Source: Candidatus Levybacteria bacterium RIFCSPHIGHO2_02_FULL_40_18 (lineage in GTDB: Bacteria; Patescibacteriota; Microgenomatia; Levybacterales; GWA1-39-11). From it: a stretch of DNA of 64,000 nt. Each line of letters opens with the position of its first letter. The first letter of the stretch is position 1. Both the position numbers and the translations under genes were made by a program. The DNA lies in the NCBI GenBank assembly GCA_001782235.1, contig MFOC01000002.1, forward strand, positions 42,912 through 106,911, given 5' to 3'. This document shows positions 1 through 8,866 of this stretch, piece after piece. The notes beneath the pieces were generated by a model. That model was not told the origin of the DNA and did no database searches. It saw only the letters and a program-made list of their open reading frames with translations.

Positions 1-1
1 A

Positions 2-322
2 TTTACATTACATGCCCAAGAACAAATGAGAAATCGTGGCATAAAAATGGAGCAGGCTTGGGAAGTCTTCAAGCATCCAATGAGAACAAATATCGGAAAA
101 TACAAAGAGACAAAAGAATTCGAACGTGAATTTGATGACTTTAAAATTACTGTTGTTGCCCACCAAAACAAAAAAAACGAATGGGTTGTTCGATCCGTTT
201 GGCGAAATCCTCCGCTCCCGGGAAGTCCCGATGCCAAACAGGAAGAAACCTGGAAAAGATATAAAAAAGCAGGGTTCTGGGGTAAAATTTTAATCCAAAT
301 CAAGCAACAACTCGGCCTCTAA
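2..322 (+). CDS. DUF4258-like small protein, 5' end outside the window
   Basis: Frame is open from position 2 (FTLHAQEQMRNRGI...); HAxxxMxxRGI is typical of DUF4258-like proteins. Confidence 0.6.
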   Translation, partial: FTLHAQEQMRNRGIKMEQAWEVFKHPMRTNIGKYKETKEFEREFDDFKITVVAHQNKKNEWVVRSVWRNPPLPGSPDAKQEETWKRYKKAGFWGKILIQIKQQLGL

Positions 323-483
323 TTTTCTGTCTTAGAAATGCGGGGATTTTATAGACAGAACCCGCTTGTAGCTTCAATTTCCCTTATCAAGCACCGCTTA
401 ATAATAGGTATTCTTATGTCTCCAATAAGAATTTAACAGGAAATAAGAAAAAAGTCAAAACCTGTTGAGAATATCTACCGAGA

Positions 484-1017
484 TTATCTTGACCCAAACA
501 GAAGCAAACTCGCTACTGAAAGTATTAAAACGAAGGCTAACATTAGAAATGCAAGCTGCAATATTAATGCATATAGGCCTGAGTGAGGAGAAAAATCAGC
601 GTAAAGTTTGCTATCTTCCTTGACGGTTTCGTTATATTCATCAAAACTTATAAAAGCTTTTGACCACAACTTCTCACCCTTGCTTTCTCTTTCAGCTCCA
701 TTGAAAAAATATTTTATATCAATAGCTATCTGAACAATTCCACTAAGCAATGAAACCAGTAAAAAAATCCAGGACAAAAACAATAATATTCTTTCTGCTT
801 CAGATAAAGTTTTAATTTCTATAAATAATGGAGATGTAAAAGTAAAAAGAAAAATTGCAAATGTAAATAAAAGGTTTCTGAAAGCTGCCTCTGTTTTGTT
901 TACCTCCTCGTTGTATAAGTTAGCTCTAATAAAATGTCTCTCTTTTGAACTCGTGCGAAGTTCTTCTATGAGTATTCTTATTTTCTGCTCGTTCTTCTTC
1001 TTTTGTTCGTTATCCAT
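484..1017 (-). CDS. Hypothetical membrane protein (about 3 TM)
   Basis: 177 aa ORF with charged N-terminus and three hydrophobic segments. Confidence 0.7.
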   Translation of the reverse strand: MDNEQKKKNEQKIRILIEELRTSSKERHFIRANLYNEEVNKTEAAFRNLLFTFAIFLFTFTSPLFIEIKTLSEAERILLFLSWIFLLVSLLSGIVQIAIDIKYFFNGAERESKGEKLWSKAFISFDEYNETVKEDSKLYADFSPHSGLYALILQLAFLMLAFVLILSVASLLLFGSR

Positions 1018-1141
1018 TATTATTTTCCTGCTCTCCGTTATTTATGAGTCCACCTATATCCTCTGGTAGCTGATCCGGAGAAGTAGGAATTGTAGCACCT
1101 TTCTCTACTTTATCCCGCTTTTTTTCTTCATCATTATTCAT
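1010..1141 (-). CDS. Putative 43-aa acidic small protein, absent from the ORF track
   Basis: MNNDEEKKRDKVEKGATIPTSPDQLPEDIGGLINNGEQENNNG*; overlaps the next ATG (1017); TGGTATTAT lies just upstream. Confidence 0.45.
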   Translation of the reverse strand: MNNDEEKKRDKVEKGATIPTSPDQLPEDIGGLINNGEQENNNG

Positions 1142-1247
1142 CTCAGCAAATAATACCATAACATACCACTAACCACAATCTAATATAAAGACTTTTACTA
1201 AAAATGCGGCTAGTTTTAACACTCTTCCATGTGTGGTATAATTAGGC

Positions 1248-1550
1248 ATGGATTATAAAGAAACTCTGAAAGAAGTTGTTAAGGTTCACCAACAAGTATC
1301 GCACTTGTATCCGCCACGCCAAATCCCTTCTTATCATTTGCCACAAGGGGCGGGAACTTACATAGACGCTATTGCAAAGGCAAGGGAAAACGCAAGAACA
1401 CAAAATGACATAAATAGATACTTAGTCGCAGAACTTTTCTTTAAGGACTTTATTGACCCCACCGGAGAATATGAAACAACAAAAGCCTTCAATGCGCTTG
1501 AAAAGAAGCTAAAGGAAAACCCACTGTATCGTGGCTGGGTTAAGGTTTAG
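1248..1550 (+). CDS. Hypothetical protein
   Basis: 100 aa ORF; TGGTATAAT 5 nt before the ATG. Confidence 0.65.
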   Translation: MDYKETLKEVVKVHQQVSHLYPPRQIPSYHLPQGAGTYIDAIAKARENARTQNDINRYLVAELFFKDFIDPTGEYETTKAFNALEKKLKENPLYRGWVKV

Positions 1551-2163
1551 CTACATCCAACCCAAATCTAACTCCCTCAAATTGAAGGCTTACAAAGTGG
1601 AGTATTAAAAAGAGTAAAGATATTAAGAACAATGTCTTAAAAATATTTTCTACTCTATCATGGTTTAAATGGAAAAATTTTAATACCTTATATGTGAATG
1701 TCTTCTTGTAAGCATCTTCTCTCTCTTTCAGATGTGGTTCAACTACTTCTTTTTCGGTTTTAACAGTTTCATCTTTCCATAATTCCCTAGACCACCAATA
1801 GTGTTTCATTTCTTGTTCATAATCCCACTCCTGTGATTGGTAATCAGCCTGCGTAGCTATATTTTGCAACCAGATACCAAAGAATAAACTAAACAAAATA
1901 GAGCAAATTCCAAGCGTAAGCCAAATTGTAGCTTCCTGTGGATTTGCAAATATCACTATCGCCGTAAGAATTACACCTTCCAATGTAATGAGTTGTGTTA
2001 TTGATGAAGAATGTTTTTCAGATAATTTTTCGGACTTTTCCGCATGCTTCTCTAGAAACCGTTCATGTCTTGCTTTTTCCTGCTCTATATTCCTCCGGTT
2101 GATAGGGTCTAGTTGTTTCTTTAAGAAATTTTCTAAGTCTTTTTTTAAGTCTTCATTGCTCAT
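1540..2163 (-). CDS. Hypothetical membrane protein (about 3 TM)
   Basis: 207 aa; architecture similar to 484-1017. Confidence 0.7.
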   Translation of the reverse strand: MSNEDLKKDLENFLKKQLDPINRRNIEQEKARHERFLEKHAEKSEKLSEKHSSSITQLITLEGVILTAIVIFANPQEATIWLTLGICSILFSLFFGIWLQNIATQADYQSQEWDYEQEMKHYWWSRELWKDETVKTEKEVVEPHLKEREDAYKKTFTYKVLKFFHLNHDRVENIFKTLFLISLLFLILHFVSLQFEGVRFGLDVAKP

Positions 2164-2213
2164 GGTGCCTTAAACATTATATTATATCCAAATCTGTAGC
2201 TCAATCATTCTCC

Positions 2214-2241
2214 ATGTCGCACAACATTGCTATTGCGACAT
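2214..2241. repeat. 28-bp imperfect palindrome (11-6-11)
   Basis: ATGTCGCACAA-CATTGC-TATTGCGACAT. Confidence 0.7.
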
Positions 2242-2308
2242 AGTTTTGAGGCTAAATGTTGCTCCTGGAAATTGTCTCGTGCGTAAATGCTCTACTATAA
2301 GATATAAG

Positions 2309-2719
2309 TTAGTTATAGCTTCTGAAGATTATTTCAAACTGATTTTTATACGCTTCGAATATAATTTTTGCCCTTTGAAATAAATCGTTCTGGCCCAATA
2401 TACATTTATAAGGCGCGGCGGCTTCAATAATCCCCATACTTAATGTAAATTCATGATCATAAATCTCTGCTTTTAGCCCATTGAATCTGTGAGATCGAAA
2501 TGATCCGCCAATAGAAAGACCGTGCGATACAGGAATCTTGTTCCATTTGATGCTTAAAGCGTCGGCAATAACTGTAGATATCACAGCACCTGTTGCACCT
2601 GAATCAACGAGAGCAAAAGTGGAAAATTCATGTTTTCCATTTTTAAATGTTATGGGTAAAAGTGGGGCAAGGACTATTTTGTCCTTAAAATCAGGTAATG
2701 GGCTATAAGGTACTACCAT
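2309..2719 (-). CDS. Retropepsin-like (clan AA) aspartyl protease
   Basis: ALVDSGAT catalytic motif and ILGQND motif in a 136 aa single domain. Confidence 0.8.
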   Translation of the reverse strand: MVVPYSPLPDFKDKIVLAPLLPITFKNGKHEFSTFALVDSGATGAVISTVIADALSIKWNKIPVSHGLSIGGSFRSHRFNGLKAEIYDHEFTLSMGIIEAAAPYKCILGQNDLFQRAKIIFEAYKNQFEIIFRSYN

Positions 2720-2924
2720 GCGTTAGAATGAAACCCACGAAATTGGAGTATGATTCACCCGCAGGAAAGTAGTAAACTTTTTCTTTAAATTCTTTTGATT
2801 TTTTTATTGCTTCATTAAGGGTTTTACCCCACAAAATTACTCTCTTATGATCTTGTGAAATTCCTACCCATCCATCTTTATACCTTTTAAGTAGGTTTAC
2901 AAAATTGATCTTATTTTGTTTCAT
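2703..2924 (-). CDS. DUF5678-like small protein
   Basis: YKDGWVGI...VILWGKTLNEA pattern; overlaps the aspartyl protease gene. Confidence 0.6.
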   Translation of the reverse strand: MKQNKINFVNLLKRYKDGWVGISQDHKRVILWGKTLNEAIKKSKEFKEKVYYFPAGESYSNFVGFILTHGSTL

Positions 2925-2977
2925 AGAATTATTATATCATCTTTCTACAAGAGTTGAAAAATCAAACGAGTTGATAA

Positions 2978-4063
2978 TTAGTTCTTCTGGCGGAGGAAGG
3001 CGGGGATGTCAAAAATTGACTCTTCTTCTTGTGGAGGGGTCGCCGAAATAGGCTCTCCATTTTCACCCGCTTCTTCCGGCTTTTCCACTAATTCTTGAAG
3101 TCTCTTCCTTGATTCGTCAAAGCCGGTAGCAATAACTGTTATGCGAATTTGGTCATGAAGATTCTCATCAATTGTTGCGCCAAAAATAATGTTTGCGTCA
3201 GGATCCGCAGCGGATGCAATAATCTTTGATGCCTCATTAACTTCTGCCATGGAAAGATCTGTTCCCCCGATAATATTGTAAAGCACTCCGCGTGCGCCTT
3301 CCATTGAAACCTCAAGGAGTGGAGATGCGGTTGCTTGACGCGCGGCAAGTTGTGCCCTGTTTTCACCAACTCCGATTCCAATACCCATTAACGCAGACCC
3401 TGCATCCGTCATAACGGTCTTAACATCTGCAAAATCAACGTTAATTAACCCCGGAATGGTTATTAAATCGGAGATACCCTGAACACCGTGGGTAAGAACA
3501 GAATCTGCTACCTTAAAAGCTTCAAGCAATGACAATTTTTTATCTATTACCTCAAGAATTCGCTGATTCGGAATAACAATTAGAGTATCCACCTTCTCCT
3601 TGATCTGTTCTATCCCTTCTTCTGCCGCGACCATGCGTCGAGTTCCCTCAAACAAAAATGGTTTTGTAACAACCGAAACAGTAAGTGCCCCTATCTCTTT
3701 GGCAACCTCGGCAATTATAGGAGTGGCACCTGTTCCCGTTCCGCCCCCCATTCCGGCTGCCAAGAATACCATGTCTGTACCTTCAAGCATCTCTTTTATT
3801 TTCTCGCGAGATTCTTCAGCGGCTTTTTGCCCGATTTCAGGATCCCCTCCTGATCCAAGACCCCGAGTCAAATTCTCACCAATTTGGATTTTCACATTTG
3901 CCTGGTTATTTAAAAGGGCTTGGGCATCGGTATTTATAGACATAAACTCAACACCTCTTATTTGTCCTTCAGAGATCATTGAATTTATGGCATTTGATCC
4001 ACCACCACCAATACCAATTACGCGGATTCTAGCAAAAGAAGTAGTTTGAGGCTTAATTAACAT
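2978..4063 (-). CDS. ftsZ: Cell division protein FtsZ
   Basis: GGGTGTG tubulin motif, INVDFADV, C-terminal DIPAFLR. Confidence 0.99.
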   Translation of the reverse strand: MLIKPQTTSFARIRVIGIGGGGSNAINSMISEGQIRGVEFMSINTDAQALLNNQANVKIQIGENLTRGLGSGGDPEIGQKAAEESREKIKEMLEGTDMVFLAAGMGGGTGTGATPIIAEVAKEIGALTVSVVTKPFLFEGTRRMVAAEEGIEQIKEKVDTLIVIPNQRILEVIDKKLSLLEAFKVADSVLTHGVQGISDLITIPGLINVDFADVKTVMTDAGSALMGIGIGVGENRAQLAARQATASPLLEVSMEGARGVLYNIIGGTDLSMAEVNEASKIIASAADPDANIIFGATIDENLHDQIRITVIATGFDESRKRLQELVEKPEEAGENGEPISATPPQEEESIFDIPAFLRQKN

Positions 4064-4083
4064 GGCTATCAGTAATTAAGCCC

Positions 4084-4112
4084 ATCCTATCACAAAACTA
4101 AAATCAATGCAA
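4084..4112 (-). promoter_or_regulatory. Putative sigma70 promoter for ftsZ
   Basis: TTGCAT-17 nt-TAGGAT on the minus strand. Confidence 0.5.
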
Positions 4113-4124
4113 GGACAACTCGGA

Positions 4125-4670
4125 TTATTGTTGCGACGTAACTTCGAGGATATCTGGATGCTCGCTATTATCAAACTCAAGAAATATTTCGGAGAGAGCC
4201 TTATGTCCTGGCCAAGGTGAGACTTTTCCATAACCCACAGAAGCTAATGATTCTTTTTGTGATTTTGGTTCTCCTGTAAGAAGACCATAACGTTCAATTA
4301 CTATTGCTAAGTATTGTGGCTTTCTTCGCCTGTGATCGCTCTGAGAAAATATATTATGAAGAACCCTTCCTGCCTTAGCAATATCTTCTGGTGTATTAAG
4401 GTGAAACCTTAGCTCATAATCGGTATAGTCGGAACTGAATGCGTCTTCAAAGAGCTTCCTGTAGCCTTTACTTACTCTCTCGACAAGTTCTGGAGGTACG
4501 CGCAGTAGAATACGGTCAGCCAAACTTTGATAATGTGCAGCTTCTTGTGCTTTTTCTTGGGCAATTTTTGCTTCATCTTTTTGAATTAATGCGCCTTCAA
4601 AGGAAGCAACGTGTGCCCTGAAAGATTCTTCTTGCCCCTTTTGAATATCTATCTCAAACCTTGAAACCAT
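4125..4670 (-). CDS. Orphan protein with a sigma-70 region-4-like C-terminal segment
   Basis: 181 aa; IVIERYGLLTGEPKSQKE resembles the RYGL..EPKTLxE segment of region 4. Confidence 0.55.
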   Translation of the reverse strand: MVSRFEIDIQKGQEESFRAHVASFEGALIQKDEAKIAQEKAQEAAHYQSLADRILLRVPPELVERVSKGYRKLFEDAFSSDYTDYELRFHLNTPEDIAKAGRVLHNIFSQSDHRRRKPQYLAIVIERYGLLTGEPKSQKESLASVGYGKVSPWPGHKALSEIFLEFDNSEHPDILEVTSQQ

Positions 4671-4682
4671 AATTACGGATAT

Positions 4683-4710
4683 ATTATAAGTATCTTTATC
4701 CCCTTGTCAA
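4683..4710 (-). promoter_or_regulatory. Putative sigma70 promoter for the orphan gene
   Basis: TTGACA-16 nt-TATAAT. Confidence 0.55.
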
Positions 4711-4713
4711 TTG

Positions 4714-6054
4714 TTATTTGGGGAGGAAAGTCTTGAGTAGTTTTGTGATGGAACCGAATATGCCGCGGGTGAAGTTGAGATTGAGAGGACGCAGAATTCC
4801 GTCCAAAAACGAACCTTCTTCTTGACCCTGAAAACCTTTAGCAAAGAATAGAAGCCCAACAGATGTTGCAAAGCTCGGGTTTTCAATGTCATCAATTAAA
4901 CCCGTAACATTAGCAGGTATTCCTACTCGAACAGGCATTGACAACATTCTTTTCGCCGATTCCTCGGCACCGGCGGTCCTTGCCCCGCCTCCCGTAATTA
5001 CAACTCCGGCCGGAGTCTGCGTGGCAAAGCCGCTTTTCTTGAGTTCTATCCCAACCATAGTAAATAATTCATTAAGTCTTGGTTTTATTATTCCGTCCAC
5101 AAGTGTTTTCTGAGAAACTTTTTTTAAGTCTTCAATCAAATGAAGCCCTGCAAGATCTATATCATCGCTTGATCCCTCTTCCCCACTGGGCCGGAGACCC
5201 TCCCTCCGGGCAGAACCCTCTGGGGCGGCGTCTGGGCCGGTGGCTTCTTTGCTTTTCTTCCCGTACTTTCTTGAAAGATAGAGTTTAATCTTTTCAGCGC
5301 TTTCAAGCGATATTCGAAGCCCAATAGCAAGATCATTTGTGATGTGGCGAGCACCAATCGGTATAACAGACGAATAAGATAGCGCCCCTTCAACATAAAT
5401 ACAAATATTTGTAATTCCGGCGCCAATATCAACTAGAATTGCTCCCAGTTCCCTTTCGGTTTCTGTAAGAACGGCCAATGAGGAAGCAAGTCCTGAAAAT
5501 ACAACCGATGAGACGCCTACTCCGGCTTCCTGTTCAAGAACTCTTTGGACATTTTTAACCGAGACGGAATTCGCAGTAATTATGTGTGTATCCACCTCAA
5601 GTCTCACTCCTGTCATGCCGACAGGATCGCGAATGCCCGTTTCTCCGTCAACAGTAAATGTTTTTGGAAGGACGTGAAGAATACTAGTTGTAGAGGGCGT
5701 TGAAATAGCGCCAGCCGCCTCAAGGACTCTTTGAACATCCTGAGGGCCTATCTCCCCAGAGGGCTGAGAAATTGCAACAATTCCTTTTGAATTCTGACTT
5801 AATATGTAAACTCCTGACAATGAAACAAAAACGCGATCAACAGAATATCCTGCCATGCGTTCGGCTTGATCAAGCGAAGCATTAATTGAAGAAGAAGCTT
5901 CCTCTATGTCAACTATCTGCCCTTTCCTTATTCCTCTCGCCGGAACTTCTGAAACTCCCAAAATATTAATACCGTCTTCTTGCAACTGACCGACGATGGC
6001 TGCAACCTTTGAGGATCCTATGTCTACTCCTACGACGATTTGTGAATCAGCCAT
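4714..6054 (-). CDS. ftsA: Cell division protein FtsA
   Basis: VDIGSSKV, VDIGAG and TGGGA actin-fold motifs; upstream of ftsZ. Confidence 0.98.
   Translation of the reverse strand: MADSQIVVGVDIGSSKVAAIVGQLQEDGINILGVSEVPARGIRKGQIVDIEEASSSINASLDQAERMAGYSVDRVFVSLSGVYILSQNSKGIVAISQPSGEIGPQDVQRVLEAAGAISTPSTTSILHVLPKTFTVDGETGIRDPVGMTGVRLEVDTHIITANSVSVKNVQRVLEQEAGVGVSSVVFSGLASSLAVLTETERELGAILVDIGAGITNICIYVEGALSYSSVIPIGARHITNDLAIGLRISLESAEKIKLYLSRKYGKKSKEATGPDAAPEGSARREGLRPSGEEGSSDDIDLAGLHLIEDLKKVSQKTLVDGIIKPRLNELFTMVGIELKKSGFATQTPAGVVITGGGARTAGAEESAKRMLSMPVRVGIPANVTGLIDDIENPSFATSVGLLFFAKGFQGQEEGSFLDGILRPLNLNFTRGIFGSITKLLKTFLPK
5183..5243. repeat. GC-rich palindromic element in frame in ftsA
   Basis: CCACTGGGCCGGAGA...TCTGGGCCGGTGG; encodes ATGPDAAPEGSARREGLRPSG; shares GGGCCGGAGACC with 17637-17648. 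Confidence 0.65.
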
Positions 6055-6061
6055 AAAATTT

Positions 6062-6144
6062 AGAACAATAGTTAAAATAGCTGAATAGTTAAATAGTTTT
6101 AGCTATGTAACCATTCTAACTATGTAGCTATTTGCTCTTGTTCT
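6062..6144. repeat. Tandem-octamer hairpin (AATAGYTA-type arms)
   Basis: aatagtta/aatagctg/aatagtta/aatagttt followed by tagctatg/taaccatt/taactatg/tagctatt; outer AGAACAA...TTGTTCT. Confidence 0.85.
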
Positions 6145-6160
6145 TATACTATTATATGTG

Positions 6161-6595
6161 CTAGAATTTTACAATAGGCTGCTCAAACCGAAGATCTATA
6201 AGTACGGGCTTTTTATTTTCTATCGTAAGTTTGTTAAGAATCAATTCCAAAGACACAACCTGCCATTTAGCATCGCGAGTTTTTGCGAAATAAACTTTAG
6301 GTCCATCTTTAACCTGACCTATAAATAAACTTGATGCGGAACTTTCAACTAAATATTCCGTAATAATATTTTTGTCGGATAAGATCTTGGACAAATCTTC
6401 GCGGGTTGCAAATTCTGAAACCGGCTTTATAATAGCATCTTTTTGTTCGCTTGAAAACTTAAGAAGCGGAAACAGATTTTTAACTGAAAGAGAGAGCAAT
6501 ATGCCGGCCGAAATTGCTAAAGCTGCGATCAATAAAGCAAAAATTGTCTTTTTAATATTCCTTCTAACTTTTCTTTTCACCATAAACCCCTTCAA
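6161..6595 (-). CDS. Short FtsQ/DivIB-like protein
   Basis: Basic N-terminus, one TM, C-terminal IDLRFEQP motif; lies between murG and ftsA. Confidence 0.65.
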   Translation of the reverse strand: MKGFMVKRKVRRNIKKTIFALLIAALAISAGILLSLSVKNLFPLLKFSSEQKDAIIKPVSEFATREDLSKILSDKNIITEYLVESSASSLFIGQVKDGPKVYFAKTRDAKWQVVSLELILNKLTIENKKPVLIDLRFEQPIVKF

Positions 6596-7676
6596 CTACA
6601 TCTGCTATTCGCTGGGCTGCGTCTTTTATTACAAACTCGCGTACGTTTTCCATATTATTTTTGTATCTTTCTTGATCTTTAAACATATTTCGAACCATAT
6701 CTAAAATTTTTTTTGGCACTGCATCATTCTCTTCTACGTACTCGCTTACGCCAAGATTCTTCAGGAATTTTGCATTCTCAAGCTGCTCGAGATTTTGTCC
6801 ATGAGGAAGTGGAATAAGTAAGCTCATTTTCTGCGTTGCCATAATCTCAAATATAATATTTGCTCCCGACCGCGAAATAATAAGATCGGCTCTTCTCAAT
6901 ACGTCTCCTATCTCGCGTGGATAAATAAACTTCTTAAGGATATATCTTTTCGCAAGATTCTGCGGTAGAGCTAGTTTTTTATGCGAAAGTTTTTCAAAGT
7001 CACGAAACTTAAGACTATCACCGGTTTGATGGATTATTGCGAAATCGCGGAGTAAATCTTCAAGAATGTCATAAATCACGGAATTTATAAAATGAGAGCC
7101 GGTACTGCCTCCGGTAACGTATATCACCCTACCCTCTGGAATTGAAATTTCACCCTTGGACTCAAAAATCTCAATTCTAACAGGATTACCGGTCATTACA
7201 ACTTTATGGGCGGGGAAAAAATTGGCCGAGCTTTTAAATGATACGCATATCTTCCTTGAGAACCTACCTACTATTCTGCTTGCGAGTCCTGCTTTTTGCG
7301 TTTGTTCATGCAAAACTACCGGGATACCCAAGAATTGTGCCGCCAAAGATATTGGAAGGCCAATGTATCCGCCAAAAGTTAAAACTATATTGGGTTTTGC
7401 TTCGGATAAAATTTTAATCGATGTGAGAAACCCAATCGGAGCTTTGAGAAGGGATGTAATAGTATAGGCAGTAAATTTTCTCTGAAAGCGACCGGTTTTT
7501 ATTTCATAAAATGGAAGATTTTCCTCTTTGGCGATTGCGTACTCAAGACTTTCGGTTTTATCACCCTCAAAGGGATAACGACGACCGGCGATTATTACTT
7601 CATGTCTTCGCGCGCCAAGCTCTTTAATTAAGCTATATGCAGGGGAAAAATGTCCCCCCGTAATTAGTACTTTCAT
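6564..7676 (-). CDS. murG: Lipid II GlcNAc transferase MurG
   Basis: GGH, GGY, HEQ, GNPVR, GGSTGS, SRSGA and EQLENA motifs. Confidence 0.95.
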   Translation of the reverse strand: MKVLITGGHFSPAYSLIKELGARRHEVIIAGRRYPFEGDKTESLEYAIAKEENLPFYEIKTGRFQRKFTAYTITSLLKAPIGFLTSIKILSEAKPNIVLTFGGYIGLPISLAAQFLGIPVVLHEQTQKAGLASRIVGRFSRKICVSFKSSANFFPAHKVVMTGNPVRIEIFESKGEISIPEGRVIYVTGGSTGSHFINSVIYDILEDLLRDFAIIHQTGDSLKFRDFEKLSHKKLALPQNLAKRYILKKFIYPREIGDVLRRADLIISRSGANIIFEIMATQKMSLLIPLPHGQNLEQLENAKFLKNLGVSEYVEENDAVPKKILDMVRNMFKDQERYKNNMENVREFVIKDAAQRIADVVEGVYGEKKS

Positions 7677-7680
7677 CTTT

Positions 7681-7765
7681 TAGTTTGTAACGTTCGTAAG
7701 GTTCGTAAAGTTCATAAAGTACTCAACTTTACAAACTTTAAAAACTTTATAAACCTTATAAACTA
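7681..7765. repeat. Tandem-nonamer hairpin filling the ftsW-murG junction
   Basis: gtttgtaac gttcgtaag gttcgtaaa gttcataaa / tttacaaac tttaaaaac tttataaac cttataaac. Confidence 0.9.
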
Positions 7766-8833
7766 GGTCTTGTGTCTTGCGATATTTAAAAGTATTCCGA
7801 TTGCGATAAAGTTTATAATTAATGACGAGCCGCCGTAAGAAACAAAAGGTAAGGGAACTCCTACCAGTGGAACTAAAATTACTTGGGATGCAAGATTAAC
7901 AAATGCCTGAATACTTATAAAGCTGACTATGCCTGCTCCGAGTAATTTTCCAAAAGTATCTTTAGTATTTTGCGCAATGTAAAAACCTATAATTGTGAGC
8001 ACAATAAAACATCCGATCAGAGCGCTCGCCCCCACAAAACCGGCTTCCTCAGCAAATATTGAAAAAATTGAATCGGTCGTTGATTCAGGTAAATAAGCAT
8101 ATTTTTGGATCGAATTTCCGAAACCAAGACCTGCTAATCCCCCTGAGCCAAGAGCAATTAAAATCTGCTTAATATGATATGGCGCGGAAGAAAGATTCTT
8201 TGAGTCAAAATTTTGAAAAGCAAGCAGTCTTTCAAGTCTATAGGGTGCAATCTTAATTAGTGCAAATATGCTTCCGGTAAGTAACAAAGCTATAAATATC
8301 ATGTCTCGAATTGGCGCTCCAGATAGAAAATATACAATTGTGGCAGTCGCGGCAATTATAAAAGCCGTTCCCAAGTCCGGTTCGATTACTACCAAAAGAA
8401 TTGATAACAGAAGAAGCATTAGAAAAGCCATCAGCCGTCCTTTTTCTCTCTCCGACAACCAAGCAGCAAGGTAAACCGTCAGGGTAATTTTAAGTACTTC
8501 CGACGGCTGGAGAACAATAAATCCTAAATTCAACCAACGATGGGCCCCTTTAAGCTTAAGGCCAATACCGGGGAAAAAAACAAGAATTAAAAGAAATAAA
8601 GATCCAAGCAAAAGAGGCAGGGCTAGTTTGTAATAGTTTTTATAATTAATTTTTGAAATAATAAGACACAAAACAACGCCTAAAATAAACCAAATCGCCT
8701 GGTTTTTAACAAAATAATATTTGTCTCCGATTGACAATAATGCCGTGTATGTAGAGCTTTCGTAGAGGATAAATATGCCAATTAGAGAAAGCGTTACCGA
8801 TGTCAAGAAAACAAGGAGTCCGGATTTTTTCAT
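7763..8833 (-). CDS. ftsW: SEDS family protein FtsW
   Basis: GAHRW, QPSE, EPDLGT, LPESTTD and SYGGSS motifs; adjacent to murG. Confidence 0.93.
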   Translation of the reverse strand: MKKSGLLVFLTSVTLSLIGIFILYESSTYTALLSIGDKYYFVKNQAIWFILGVVLCLIISKINYKNYYKLALPLLLGSLFLLILVFFPGIGLKLKGAHRWLNLGFIVLQPSEVLKITLTVYLAAWLSEREKGRLMAFLMLLLLSILLVVIEPDLGTAFIIAATATIVYFLSGAPIRDMIFIALLLTGSIFALIKIAPYRLERLLAFQNFDSKNLSSAPYHIKQILIALGSGGLAGLGFGNSIQKYAYLPESTTDSIFSIFAEEAGFVGASALIGCFIVLTIIGFYIAQNTKDTFGKLLGAGIVSFISIQAFVNLASQVILVPLVGVPLPFVSYGGSSLIINFIAIGILLNIARHKT

Positions 8834-8866
8834 CTAAAAGAAGTCTATCCTATTTTTGCCCCAAAT

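Noticed and set aside
339-432. Small stems GCGGG...CCCGC and ATTCTTAT...ATAAGAAT between convergent genes
   Set aside because: Short and plausible by chance or as weak terminators; no periodicity and no second copy seen.
7681-7765. Hairpins as ordinary intrinsic terminators
   Set aside because: Stems are long, AT-rich, periodic and mismatched, lie within operons, and end next to start codons; termination is not excluded but does not explain the periodic structure.
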